From positions 736,001 to 800,000 of the forward strand of contig CP009479.1 in the NCBI GenBank assembly GCA_000965745.1: DNA of 64,000 nt. The letters are read 5' to 3'. The notes beneath the pieces are model-generated. The model searched no databases, was not told the DNA's origin, and saw only the letters and a program-made list of their open reading frames with translations. Origin of the DNA: an uncultured archaeon. GTDB taxonomy: Archaea; Thermoplasmatota; Thermoplasmata; Thermoplasmatales; Thermoplasmataceae. Shown here one piece after another: positions 10,143-17,865 of the stretch (its first letter is position 1; every line of letters starts with the position of its first letter). Made by a program: the position numbers and the translations under genes.

Positions 10143-11961
10143 CCGATGCTTTCTTCCTTTCCTTTGAGGTATTTGATCTTTTTATTAGTTCAGAAACCGT
10201 CCATTTATAAAAGGAATCGACCGTACTGGATATTCCCGGCACACTTTTGTCTAATTCTTCCCTTCCGATTATACGGGATTTTCCATTCTGTTCGATGAAA
10301 CATGAAATTGAGTCTGTACTTCTGTTCATATTAGTTATAGCGCTGGCCAACCAACGAATCTGATGAGATCCTTTGTTTGCAGCTGGCAATAAACTCTTAA
10401 TTAGGGAAATAAGGCTTTCTTCTTCAGGGCGGAGTTCTAATACGTAATGTATCACTAATGCCAACAGATCACTATGTGTCGATATAACTATTTTCAGATT
10501 CTTCTGTGCAGCAATTGCAATTAACAATAACCCCATAAGAATCTGAGTACTAACATGAAGCTGTGCCTCTGGTTCTTCTATTAAAATCAGTTCAGATTCT
10601 GATGCAGAAAGCAGAGGTAGCAATATTCCAGCCAATTCTTCCACCATCGCAGAAGATAACCCAAGGTTGACCCCCTCTCCTTTAGAGTAGTTATAAACCA
10701 ATGCCCCACTTTCTTCTAAGTATGAAATTTTACCTCCAAGAATGGGCTCAAATAAGCCAATAAATTCTTCAGGTGCATTATTTATCAATTTTTTACCTTC
10801 AATTGCCCACTCCAAATAATTGGCAGCTGGAGTAGAATCAATACCTCTCAGAATGTCTATTATCTCATCAGAGTCATAATATGGATTACCAAATGAAAGG
10901 TTTGCTAGTTGCATAACTAAATTCCTTCCATACGGGAAGAACTTAACAGATTTGAAAGAAGTAAGGTTGTAGATCTCGTTACTAACCTCATCGAATGCCA
11001 ATTGCATCACGAAGTCGTGATATTCCTTTGTTATATCTTCTAAAATTTGTGTTGAAGAATAGTTGATAAGGTTCTCTTGATCTTCTGATGTAATTTTCTC
11101 AAGCACGTCGAGGTATCTGTCAAGTGGTACCCTAAGCTCTCGCAGGTAACTATGCCGTTCATACATCAGATTTGCCTTTTCCAAATCAAAGTGTAATGAA
11201 ATTGATACAATCATTCTGACTGAGTTTGTTTCTACTCCTATTATCTTCCCATCAAAATCAAACAAAATTGGAAAGTCATGTCTTAAACGTCGTATTGTGT
11301 AAGCAATAGCTGAATCATTTGAGTTAGAAAACTCTGGGAGAAAAAAATGGTAGTCTCTGCCGGTTATTATATGATCTCTTTCGGGGACTATAGAATTGAT
11401 TGCCCTTTTCAAAACCTGCTGTAAATTAGAATCATTTATCATTATATGATCTATGGCACCACTTCCCACAAATTTGTTGAGTTCCTTTACATACAGCTCG
11501 GATATGTTCTCATATAGCTCCTCCCTTGGTATTCTAATTTCAATCTCCATATCCTTCTGAAATGATTCTATATTCAATTTTTTCAAGGGTCTCTTCCGAC
11601 TTTGCTCACTTTGTTCCTTAGGTTTTTCCAACGAATATTCTTCTTTTAACTGTTTCAAAACTTTGATCAAATAATCAAAAAGTGGCCTCGCAAACTCATT
11701 GAGTTGAAACGAATTTAACTCGGGAGTTTCCAAGCTGTATGCTGTTCCATAGCTCTGCACCAATCTTATCAAGGCTTTCTCATCAAGACTCTGGAGAAAC
11801 CAATAGATGGACCTCAACGAATAAGATTTTCCAGAATTTGGTCTCCCAAGTAGTAAAGATAAATCACGAAGTGGAAGTTCTAGTTTCTTTATAGGTCCAA
11901 TCTCCTTGACAATAACAGTGTTTCCTTTTCTTACAACGTCCTTTTCAAATTTCGCCGTCAT
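10111..11961 (-). CDS. ABC-type ATPase of the AAA_15/AAA_21 (AbiEii/OLD-like) group
   Basis: IGPIKK strand, GRPNSGKS Walker A, LSSAM signature, ILIEEPEAQLH Walker B/D-loop, ISTHSD H-loop, large central insert. Confidence 0.85.
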   Translation of the reverse strand: MTAKFEKDVVRKGNTVIVKEIGPIKKLELPLRDLSLLLGRPNSGKSYSLRSIYWFLQSLDEKALIRLVQSYGTAYSLETPELNSFQLNEFARPLFDYLIKVLKQLKEEYSLEKPKEQSEQSRKRPLKKLNIESFQKDMEIEIRIPREELYENISELYVKELNKFVGSGAIDHIMINDSNLQQVLKRAINSIVPERDHIITGRDYHFFLPEFSNSNDSAIAYTIRRLRHDFPILFDFDGKIIGVETNSVRMIVSISLHFDLEKANLMYERHSYLRELRVPLDRYLDVLEKITSEDQENLINYSSTQILEDITKEYHDFVMQLAFDEVSNEIYNLTSFKSVKFFPYGRNLVMQLANLSFGNPYYDSDEIIDILRGIDSTPAANYLEWAIEGKKLINNAPEEFIGLFEPILGGKISYLEESGALVYNYSKGEGVNLGLSSAMVEELAGILLPLLSASESELILIEEPEAQLHVSTQILMGLLLIAIAAQKNLKIVISTHSDLLALVIHYVLELRPEEESLISLIKSLLPAANKGSHQIRWLASAITNMNRSTDSISCFIEQNGKSRIIGREELDKSVPGISSTVDSFYKWTVSELIKRSNTSKERKKASGDNNAETKDL

Positions 11962-11966
11962 TCATC

Positions 11967-12242
11967 TTACCCCAATAGTTCTTCCAGTTCTTTCAACTTT
12001 TCAGCTACCTTTTTTCCTTTTTCAGTCAAAGAAATCAAGTTCTTTGGTGGATATGAAGAACTCTCAATCCTTGCTTTTATTATACCAAGATCCTTTAACT
12101 TCTCAAGTGCTTTGTATCCTTGGTTTATAGAAACACCAGAATCTGGCCATATTCTTGACAATAAGTATTCGTCCTTGTCTCTGAGAAACAATGTAATTCT
12201 AAGAATACCTGACTGTTTTTCAAGTTCTCCAATTGAAGTCAA
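11967..12242 (-). CDS. Winged-helix transcriptional regulator (MarR/HxlR-like)
   Basis: YKALEKLKDLGII recognition helix and ISLTEKGKKVA wing; first gene of a three-gene operon. Confidence 0.8.
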   Translation of the reverse strand: MTSIGELEKQSGILRITLFLRDKDEYLLSRIWPDSGVSINQGYKALEKLKDLGIIKARIESSSYPPKNLISLTEKGKKVAEKLKELEELLG

Positions 12243-12260
12243 AGCGTATTGTTATATCTT

Positions 12261-12343
12261 ACTTCCAATATAGATTATAGCTTCTATCTTCCAAATCAGA
12301 ATATACTTATATTTGTTTCATATAACTTCTATATTGGAAGTTA
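12261..12343. promoter_or_regulatory. Inverted operator pair in the divergent wHTH/RHH-integrase intergenic region
   Basis: ACTTCCAATATAGA (12261-12274) is the exact reverse complement of TCTATATTGGAAGT (12328-12341); right copy lies within palindrome TAACTTC-N7-GAAGTTA (12323-12343). Confidence 0.65.
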
Positions 12344-12347
12344 GAAT

Positions 12348-12494
12348 ATGAATTCGCAACAGTCTATACCGATCTTGACAAAGAGAGAAACTCATTCTCT
12401 ATTGAAAGAGTTAAAATTTGATTTTAGAGTTGATTCTCTAGACAAAGTCATTAAAATCTTGATTGAAGAACACAGACGGAGGAGTATTTCTTGA
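12348..12494 (+). CDS. 48-aa ribbon-helix-helix-like protein (not in ORF track)
   Basis: MNSQQSIPILTKRETHSLLKELKFDFRVDSLDKVIKILIEEHRRRSIS; strand-helix-helix pattern; stop overlaps the integrase TTG start (TTGA). Confidence 0.7.
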   Translation: MNSQQSIPILTKRETHSLLKELKFDFRVDSLDKVIKILIEEHRRRSIS

Positions 12495-13465
12495 ATGAAA
12501 GGGATTTTCAAAATAAACTCCAGGAATATCGGATTTGGGCAATGACAATGGGGAGATACTCTCCTTCAACTGTAAAACGAGCCTTAAGAAGAATACGAAG
12601 TTTTTCTCGTTTAATTGACTTATTTAATCCAGATCAAGGCAAGATTCTAGATTTTTTTGCCTCTGAAATAGAGAACAGGACAAAGCCGCATACTATTAAC
12701 AATCAGAGGAAAGATCTATCATCGTGGTTCAGATTTCTCGGTTTAGATATAGAATTGCCCAAATTAAAAGAACCTCCGGTTCCAGATCCTTGGATTCCAA
12801 CAAATACTGAAGTAGAGATAATCATACAAGCTGCCGGTCATATGAGTACAAGAAGGGAGGTCAATATCAGAAATTCAATAATTGCGCATATTGCTTTCTT
12901 TGGTGGTGCTCGAATAGGCGAAATTGTACAGATAAACATCTCCGATATCCAGGAAAATGGAATAAGAATCAGATCTGAGAAAGTAGAAGCAGAACGTATC
13001 ATAGGCCTACCTGATAAAATTATGAACGATGTCAGAAAGTATATCAAAGATTACAGGCCAAACACAGATCAAACAGCACTTTTCACAACACCAACAGGAA
13101 GAATGACCTATGACTACATCAGAAAAATCGCCAAAAGGATAGGGGCTTTCACTGGCATCAAAAAATTCCACTGGCACGCTGCGAGGCACTGGTGCGCCAC
13201 ATCCCTTCTAAAAGGGTATCACGGAGCAAAACCACTGGACATTCGCATGGTCCAAATCCATCTCGGACATCGGTCACTTCGGACCACTCAGCGCTACACC
13301 CACTTTTCTCAGTATGAAGTTGCGGAGGTGGTAATATCCCGCCTCAGGGATATATTTCAGGGAAGTGGAAAAATGACGGAATTGGTATCGATGTACGAAT
13401 CTGGTAGTGGACCACATGGGGCTGCCCGGATTTGGACCGGAGTCTCAGGCTCCCAAAGCCCGTAG
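12491..13465 (+). CDS. int: Tyrosine recombinase/integrase
   Basis: Full catalytic set: GARIGE (R), EK (K), HAARH, HLGH, TTQRY (Y); 3' end runs antisense into tRNA-Pro. Confidence 0.93.
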   Translation: MNERDFQNKLQEYRIWAMTMGRYSPSTVKRALRRIRSFSRLIDLFNPDQGKILDFFASEIENRTKPHTINNQRKDLSSWFRFLGLDIELPKLKEPPVPDPWIPTNTEVEIIIQAAGHMSTRREVNIRNSIIAHIAFFGGARIGEIVQINISDIQENGIRIRSEKVEAERIIGLPDKIMNDVRKYIKDYRPNTDQTALFTTPTGRMTYDYIRKIAKRIGAFTGIKKFHWHAARHWCATSLLKGYHGAKPLDIRMVQIHLGHRSLRTTQRYTHFSQYEVAEVVISRLRDIFQGSGKMTELVSMYESGSGPHGAARIWTGVSGSQSP

Positions 13466-13489
13466 GATACCAAGCTACCCCACAGCCCC
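13417..13489 (-). tRNA. tRNA-Pro(TGG), intronless, no encoded CCA; T-loop reads TCCAAAT (C at position 55)
   Basis: GGGGCTG/CAGCCCC acceptor stem, D-loop AGCTTGGTA, anticodon arm CGGGC-TTTGGGA-GCCTG, T-arm TCCGG-TCCAAAT-CCGGG, discriminator A. Confidence 0.93.
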
Positions 13490-13562
13490 TTTGTGATATT
13501 CTGGAAATGCCGTCCGAATAAAAACTTACCGCAATATGATGTATTTACTCCCGCATCAGGAC

Positions 13563-13985
13563 TCACTTGTATTTGAAGGGGAGAAGATCAAGAACGTCGG
13601 ATTTGCGGAGTTTGCCATTGTCGGGATAGATAACCTTGGCAGTTCTGTCATAATCGGAGACCAGTTCACGGCACATTCCGCATGGTGAAACTACTTTCAT
13701 TGACTGATCGGGATTTGATGGGCGCGGATGCTTCACGGCAACTATTGTATCAAACTGGCTGCTTCCATCGTATAATGCTTTGGCCACAGCTATGGCTTCT
13801 GCGCAGACAGCTATTCGTCCAACGCTTGCTTCAATGTGGACAGAAGTGAAGATTTTGCCATCCTTAGTTCTCAAAGCCGCGCCAATAGAGTGCCAATTTT
13901 CCAGGTACCTGTCTACAATGGCCTTTTTTGCCATTTCTACAAGCTCCTCGTCTTCCTTTTTAATCTCATAATCCACGGTCATCAA
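13563..13985 (-). CDS. Cytidine deaminase family, blasticidin-S deaminase (Bsr)-like
   Basis: CAE and PCGMC zinc motifs; VHIEA..GR..VCAEAIA, FDTIVAV.HP and VVSPCGMCREL.SDY match the Bacillus cereus Bsr sequence as I recall it. Confidence 0.85.
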   Translation of the reverse strand: MMTVDYEIKKEDEELVEMAKKAIVDRYLENWHSIGAALRTKDGKIFTSVHIEASVGRIAVCAEAIAVAKALYDGSSQFDTIVAVKHPRPSNPDQSMKVVSPCGMCRELVSDYDRTAKVIYPDNGKLRKSDVLDLLPFKYK

Positions 13986-14071
13986 CCTTTCCCAGTATGC
14001 ACAGTTAGGTTTTATGAATACTTATTCAGGCAAAAAGGAAACGGTGATATATTTCTCAGCAATAATTGATG

Positions 14072-14134
14072 AGCCACTGTGATGAATTCAGCCTTGACTG
14101 AAATTATGATGAAAGACGGGCAGACTGAGTGGTT
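14072..14134 (+). ncRNA. Box C/D 2'-O-methylation guide sRNA
   Basis: C GTGATGA 14079-85, 12-nt guide, D' CTGA 14098-101, C' ATGATGA 14106-12, 12-nt guide, D CTGA 14125-28; terminal stem AGCCAC/GTGGTT; TATA-like ATATATTT ~25 nt upstream. Confidence 0.9.
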
Positions 14135-14248
14135 TACATACATGTGAATTTTGTGGAATGCAGTAATCAAAATGCTCTACATTCACTTAATTTCTGCCAA
14201 ATTTATATTTCAAAATCAAGTTTTTTAGTAATTCTAGAAAAGATTTTT

Positions 14249-14262
14249 TTAGGTTAGCCTAA
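14249..14262. promoter_or_regulatory. DtxR/MntR/SirR-type operator
   Basis: TTAGGTTAGCCTAA palindrome, matching the known DtxR/MntR box, ~70 nt upstream of an NRAMP-family gene. Confidence 0.7.
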
Positions 14263-14333
14263 TATCTGAATTAATGTGCTCCCTAGAATATGATTCGAAA
14301 TTCCCCACTGAAAGGGTGGGGTGAAAAGCGGGC

Positions 14334-15575
14334 ATGTATAATGTATTCAAGCATACCCGAACTGGGAGACACTCCTTCCTGGCTTCCTTTGGGCCTGCGT
14401 GGATCGTAATGATTGCGGATGTCGACGTAGCCAGCATCGTAACAGGAATACAATCAGGCTCGTCATTCGGTTTTCATCTCATCTTCATCGAACTGATGCT
14501 CACAGTTCCCCTTGCAGTCATACAGTTTGTATCAGGCAGCATAGCAATAGCTACTGGGAAGGGGATAGCAGAATCAATCAGGGGAACATGGGGCTCAAAA
14601 TATGCCTATATTTCTGCGATTCCAATGGCGCTCACTGATTTTCTCTCTTATGTCACAGAATACGCCGGAATAGCCATCGGCTTCCTCCTAATTGGCCTAA
14701 ACCCGGCAATAGGGATATTAACAGCATTCATTCTGCACAATGTTCTGGTTATGACCAGACGTTTTGAAACTGTTGAGAAGCCGCTTCTCATCATAAGTTT
14801 TGTACTGGTTGCATCTTTTGTCATAGCTGCAGTTATGTCCTCACCGGATCTGCACAGCCTCGTATTCACCGGACTTAGTCCGATTCAGCCGTACGGAAAT
14901 TCAGATTACACTTACCTGGCGGTCGCGAACATTGGTGCTGTAATAATGCCCTGGATGATATTCTACCAGGCAGGGGCCAGCGTTGAAAAGAAGATTCCAG
15001 CAACATCCATTAAAGGTCAGAAGAGGGAAACTTACATGGGTGCCCTAGTAAGCGAACTAATCATGGTTGCAATAATTATAGCATCTGCAAGAATAAGCTC
15101 TTTCGGAACTTTGGACCTTGGGGACATTTCTGGTGCTTTCTCGTATATGGGGCCAATGGGGCATTTCCTGATGGCAATAGGATTCATTTCAGCGGCTTTC
15201 CTAGCACTTGTCGTAATATCACTCTCGTCTGCGTGGGGGGTATGCGAAGCAGCAGGCATCAAATTCAGGTTCTCCGAGAAAATCTCCCGCCGCAAGGGTT
15301 TCTATTTCATCTTCCTCCTTGAAAGTTTCCCGGCGATGATCCTGAGTATGGTTGCATCCTCAGGCCTCATCTCCTTGATGCTCAACCTGATGGTGATCTA
15401 CGTCATCGTCGACATACCTGTGCTAATTATGGTAGGAATGATTACAATAAAACAGAGAATGGTCCAAAGGGGGACACTCTCAAGGAAAACCATGGCAGCT
15501 TACTGGGCTTTCTTCTTTCTAATAGAGGCTATGGGAATATACAGCCTGCTCACGTCCAGCCTGGCTTTTCTTTGA
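14334..15575 (+). CDS. NRAMP-related divalent metal transporter
   Basis: FGPAWIVMIADVD TM1, ANIGAVIMPWMIFYQ TM6, ~11 TM helices; lacks the canonical DPGN. Confidence 0.85.
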   Translation: MYNVFKHTRTGRHSFLASFGPAWIVMIADVDVASIVTGIQSGSSFGFHLIFIELMLTVPLAVIQFVSGSIAIATGKGIAESIRGTWGSKYAYISAIPMALTDFLSYVTEYAGIAIGFLLIGLNPAIGILTAFILHNVLVMTRRFETVEKPLLIISFVLVASFVIAAVMSSPDLHSLVFTGLSPIQPYGNSDYTYLAVANIGAVIMPWMIFYQAGASVEKKIPATSIKGQKRETYMGALVSELIMVAIIIASARISSFGTLDLGDISGAFSYMGPMGHFLMAIGFISAAFLALVVISLSSAWGVCEAAGIKFRFSEKISRRKGFYFIFLLESFPAMILSMVASSGLISLMLNLMVIYVIVDIPVLIMVGMITIKQRMVQRGTLSRKTMAAYWAFFFLIEAMGIYSLLTSSLAFL

Positions 15576-15610
15576 TACCATTGACGGAGAATGGTATGTT
15601 GGGAAAAACC

Positions 15611-16561
15611 TTATCGTACCCTTTCAAGCGTGAATGATCCGAGATCATAACCAGTTTCGGAGGGATACATCTCTATCCACTCCCTGGATCTTGCATTTCC
15701 TATCCCCTCAATTCTGATGTAATTGTCAGTAAATGTCTTTCTAAGGTGGATCGCACCATCCATGAGGTAGCTCACAGCCTCATACATCCTGTCGTCAAAT
15801 AGCCCGTCCTCTAGTATGTAAAAGGTCAGGGATCCCTCAGTCTTTCTCTTCTGTGAAAACTGCTGCAGAAGCCTGAGAAAAGTCTTCTCGTCGTGCTGAG
15901 TAATAAATGTTGTGAGGGATGTAAGAAGGAATCTGTAGCCTTTGTGTTTCTGGCACACTTCAGAAGTAACCGAATCCACAGTCTTGATCAGCGAACTCAG
16001 GTTGTACGAGTCGACTTGGACAGCATGCTTTGACCCGACTTCCGCCTGGATGGACCTTGAATAAGCGTCAATAAATCTAAGGAGCCCTGACTCTTCGGCT
16101 TTTTCAACATCACCAGCGATCTTTGAAAGCGACTCTTTCATCTGCACAATATCCTTGTCGGCAGAAAGGACAATTACCGGTATCCCGTCTCTCAGAGACT
16201 GTGCAACGAAGTTGTTTGCGATGATAAATTTGCCGCTGAATGGGGGGCCCCTCAGAACTATATTGCTTGGAGGGGCAATTCCACCATAAAGGAGAGAATC
16301 GAGCTTGCCATTGCCCGTTGACATCTTCTGGCCTTTCACATTCTCAGAGACGGCCTTGATGAGGGCCTCCCTGGCAACTGAATCGCTGCTAGTGCTTTTG
16401 CCCTTCGAAGAATTTTCCGGTACACTGAGAGCATCCAGAAGTCTCCGGACCTCCTTCTTTTTCTCGTTCAGCTTATCGATTAGGGCATCCACTTCCCTGC
16501 TTCTCTTCTCCAGTTCGCTGATCGCGCTGGATATCCTTTCTAGATCATCCTCTCCGGTCAC
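15611..16561 (-). CDS. KaiC/RAD55-like RecA-superfamily protein with N-terminal coiled coil
   Basis: STGNGKLDSLLYGGI, GPPFSGK, RFIDAYS, YLMDGAI; GTGA overlap with upstream dehydratase. Confidence 0.8.
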   Translation of the reverse strand: MTGEDDLERISSAISELEKRSREVDALIDKLNEKKKEVRRLLDALSVPENSSKGKSTSSDSVAREALIKAVSENVKGQKMSTGNGKLDSLLYGGIAPPSNIVLRGPPFSGKFIIANNFVAQSLRDGIPVIVLSADKDIVQMKESLSKIAGDVEKAEESGLLRFIDAYSRSIQAEVGSKHAVQVDSYNLSSLIKTVDSVTSEVCQKHKGYRFLLTSLTTFITQHDEKTFLRLLQQFSQKRKTEGSLTFYILEDGLFDDRMYEAVSYLMDGAIHLRKTFTDNYIRIEGIGNARSREWIEMYPSETGYDLGSFTLERVR

Positions 16562-17766
16562 TTACTGCTCTCCTTCTTTGCAAATGTCCCCGAAACAACC
16601 CAGGGGGGCTCCCTTGGATCAAAGGGTTCCATGCCTTCAACTTTGTGATCCTCTTCTATTTTTTGATCGACTTCAATTCCAAGGCCAGGTTTGCCGGAAA
16701 GTTCGAAATAGCCATTATTCAGCTTATATCCCGACTTGACAAGATTCTGCTTCCAGTCCGGCCAGAACTTCTCGAAACTTTCCTGGATCAGGAAATTAGT
16801 CAAGGTGACATCAACATTTAAGGATGCGGCGGTCTGCACAGGCCCGAAGGCATTGTGGAATGCAACAGGAACCCCGAAGGCATCGGCAATGGCGGCAGTC
16901 TTCTTCGCTTCCAGAATTCCAAGCGAGTTTGTCAGATCGGGCTGTATTGTATCGACAAGCCCCTGTGATATCAGCCTGGCAAAGTCTCTCTTGTTCAGTA
17001 CTCTCTCTCCCAGTGCAACCGGCGTGAGCACATATTTCTTAAATTCAGAAAGGCCGACTTCAAGCTCAGGGTGCACCGGCTCCTCCATGAAAAGAGGGGA
17101 AAATTCGTCAAGGGCCATTCCTGCCTTTACCGCTGCAGGAGTGGAAAATCTCCCATGGCACTCTATAAGCAGGTCCACCTTGTCACCCAGCTCCGCCCTA
17201 AGAGTTCCAACTATGTCCCTTGCATTGTCTATTCCCTCCTTGGTTATTGTATCATAATTGTCACCGAAGGGATCGAATTTCATGGCAGTGAATCCCATTT
17301 TCACAACTTCCTTTGCTTTTTTCAGGAAGTCGTCTGCTGTCATGCAATCATCATACCAGCCGTTCGCATAGGCCCTTATTTTGCTGTGGAAAGTTCCTCC
17401 GAGCAGGTCGTACACAGGTGCACCCAACTCCTTGCCAATCAGGTCCCAACTCGCTATCTCAAACGCACTGAGGGCTGAGGTTGCTTCCATTGATCTGGAC
17501 AGATAAAATGAATTTCTGTAGAAATCTCTAATGTTTTTCTCAACATTGAAGGGATTTGCCCCCTTGAATATCCTTTCAACCTCTTTCATGCTTTCCAGGA
17601 CCGGCAGCGTCATGAGGGTTGTAGGAGCTTCACCGTATCCTACAGTCCCGTCCTTTGTCGTGAGCTTCACAAGAAGCATTGTGGAGCTCCAGGGTGACGA
17701 TATCTCCTTCCCTCTGACACCCAGCTCAAGAATTTCAACATCGCTTATCTCAGAATTCATGGACAA
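16558..17766 (-). CDS. gad: Enolase-superfamily D-gluconate/galactonate dehydratase (Entner-Doudoroff)
   Basis: GYGEA, AYANGWY, KFDPFG, IECHGRF, MEEP, GER, QPD, FHNAFGP, KPGLG. Confidence 0.8.
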   Translation of the reverse strand: MSMNSEISDVEILELGVRGKEISSPWSSTMLLVKLTTKDGTVGYGEAPTTLMTLPVLESMKEVERIFKGANPFNVEKNIRDFYRNSFYLSRSMEATSALSAFEIASWDLIGKELGAPVYDLLGGTFHSKIRAYANGWYDDCMTADDFLKKAKEVVKMGFTAMKFDPFGDNYDTITKEGIDNARDIVGTLRAELGDKVDLLIECHGRFSTPAAVKAGMALDEFSPLFMEEPVHPELEVGLSEFKKYVLTPVALGERVLNKRDFARLISQGLVDTIQPDLTNSLGILEAKKTAAIADAFGVPVAFHNAFGPVQTAASLNVDVTLTNFLIQESFEKFWPDWKQNLVKSGYKLNNGYFELSGKPGLGIEVDQKIEEDHKVEGMEPFDPREPPWVVSGTFAKKESSK

Positions 17767-17865
17767 AGATGGAAATCTTCATATTTAATGTTGTTAAACT
17801 TTACTCTTTTCAAGCATCGTTTCGACTCATCAAAACACTAATTAGCCTTAGCTCAATGCCTCTTC

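Larger units (their letters stand above)
9597..13489. mobile_element. Integrative element (remnant) inserted at the tRNA-Pro 3' end; left boundary undetermined
   Basis: Integrase abutting the tRNA 3' end, AT-rich cargo; no second att repeat found within the window. Confidence 0.7.

Noticed and set aside
14274-14324. 16-codon uORF upstream of the NRAMP gene
   Set aside because: No informative composition or other support; such short ORFs arise by chance.
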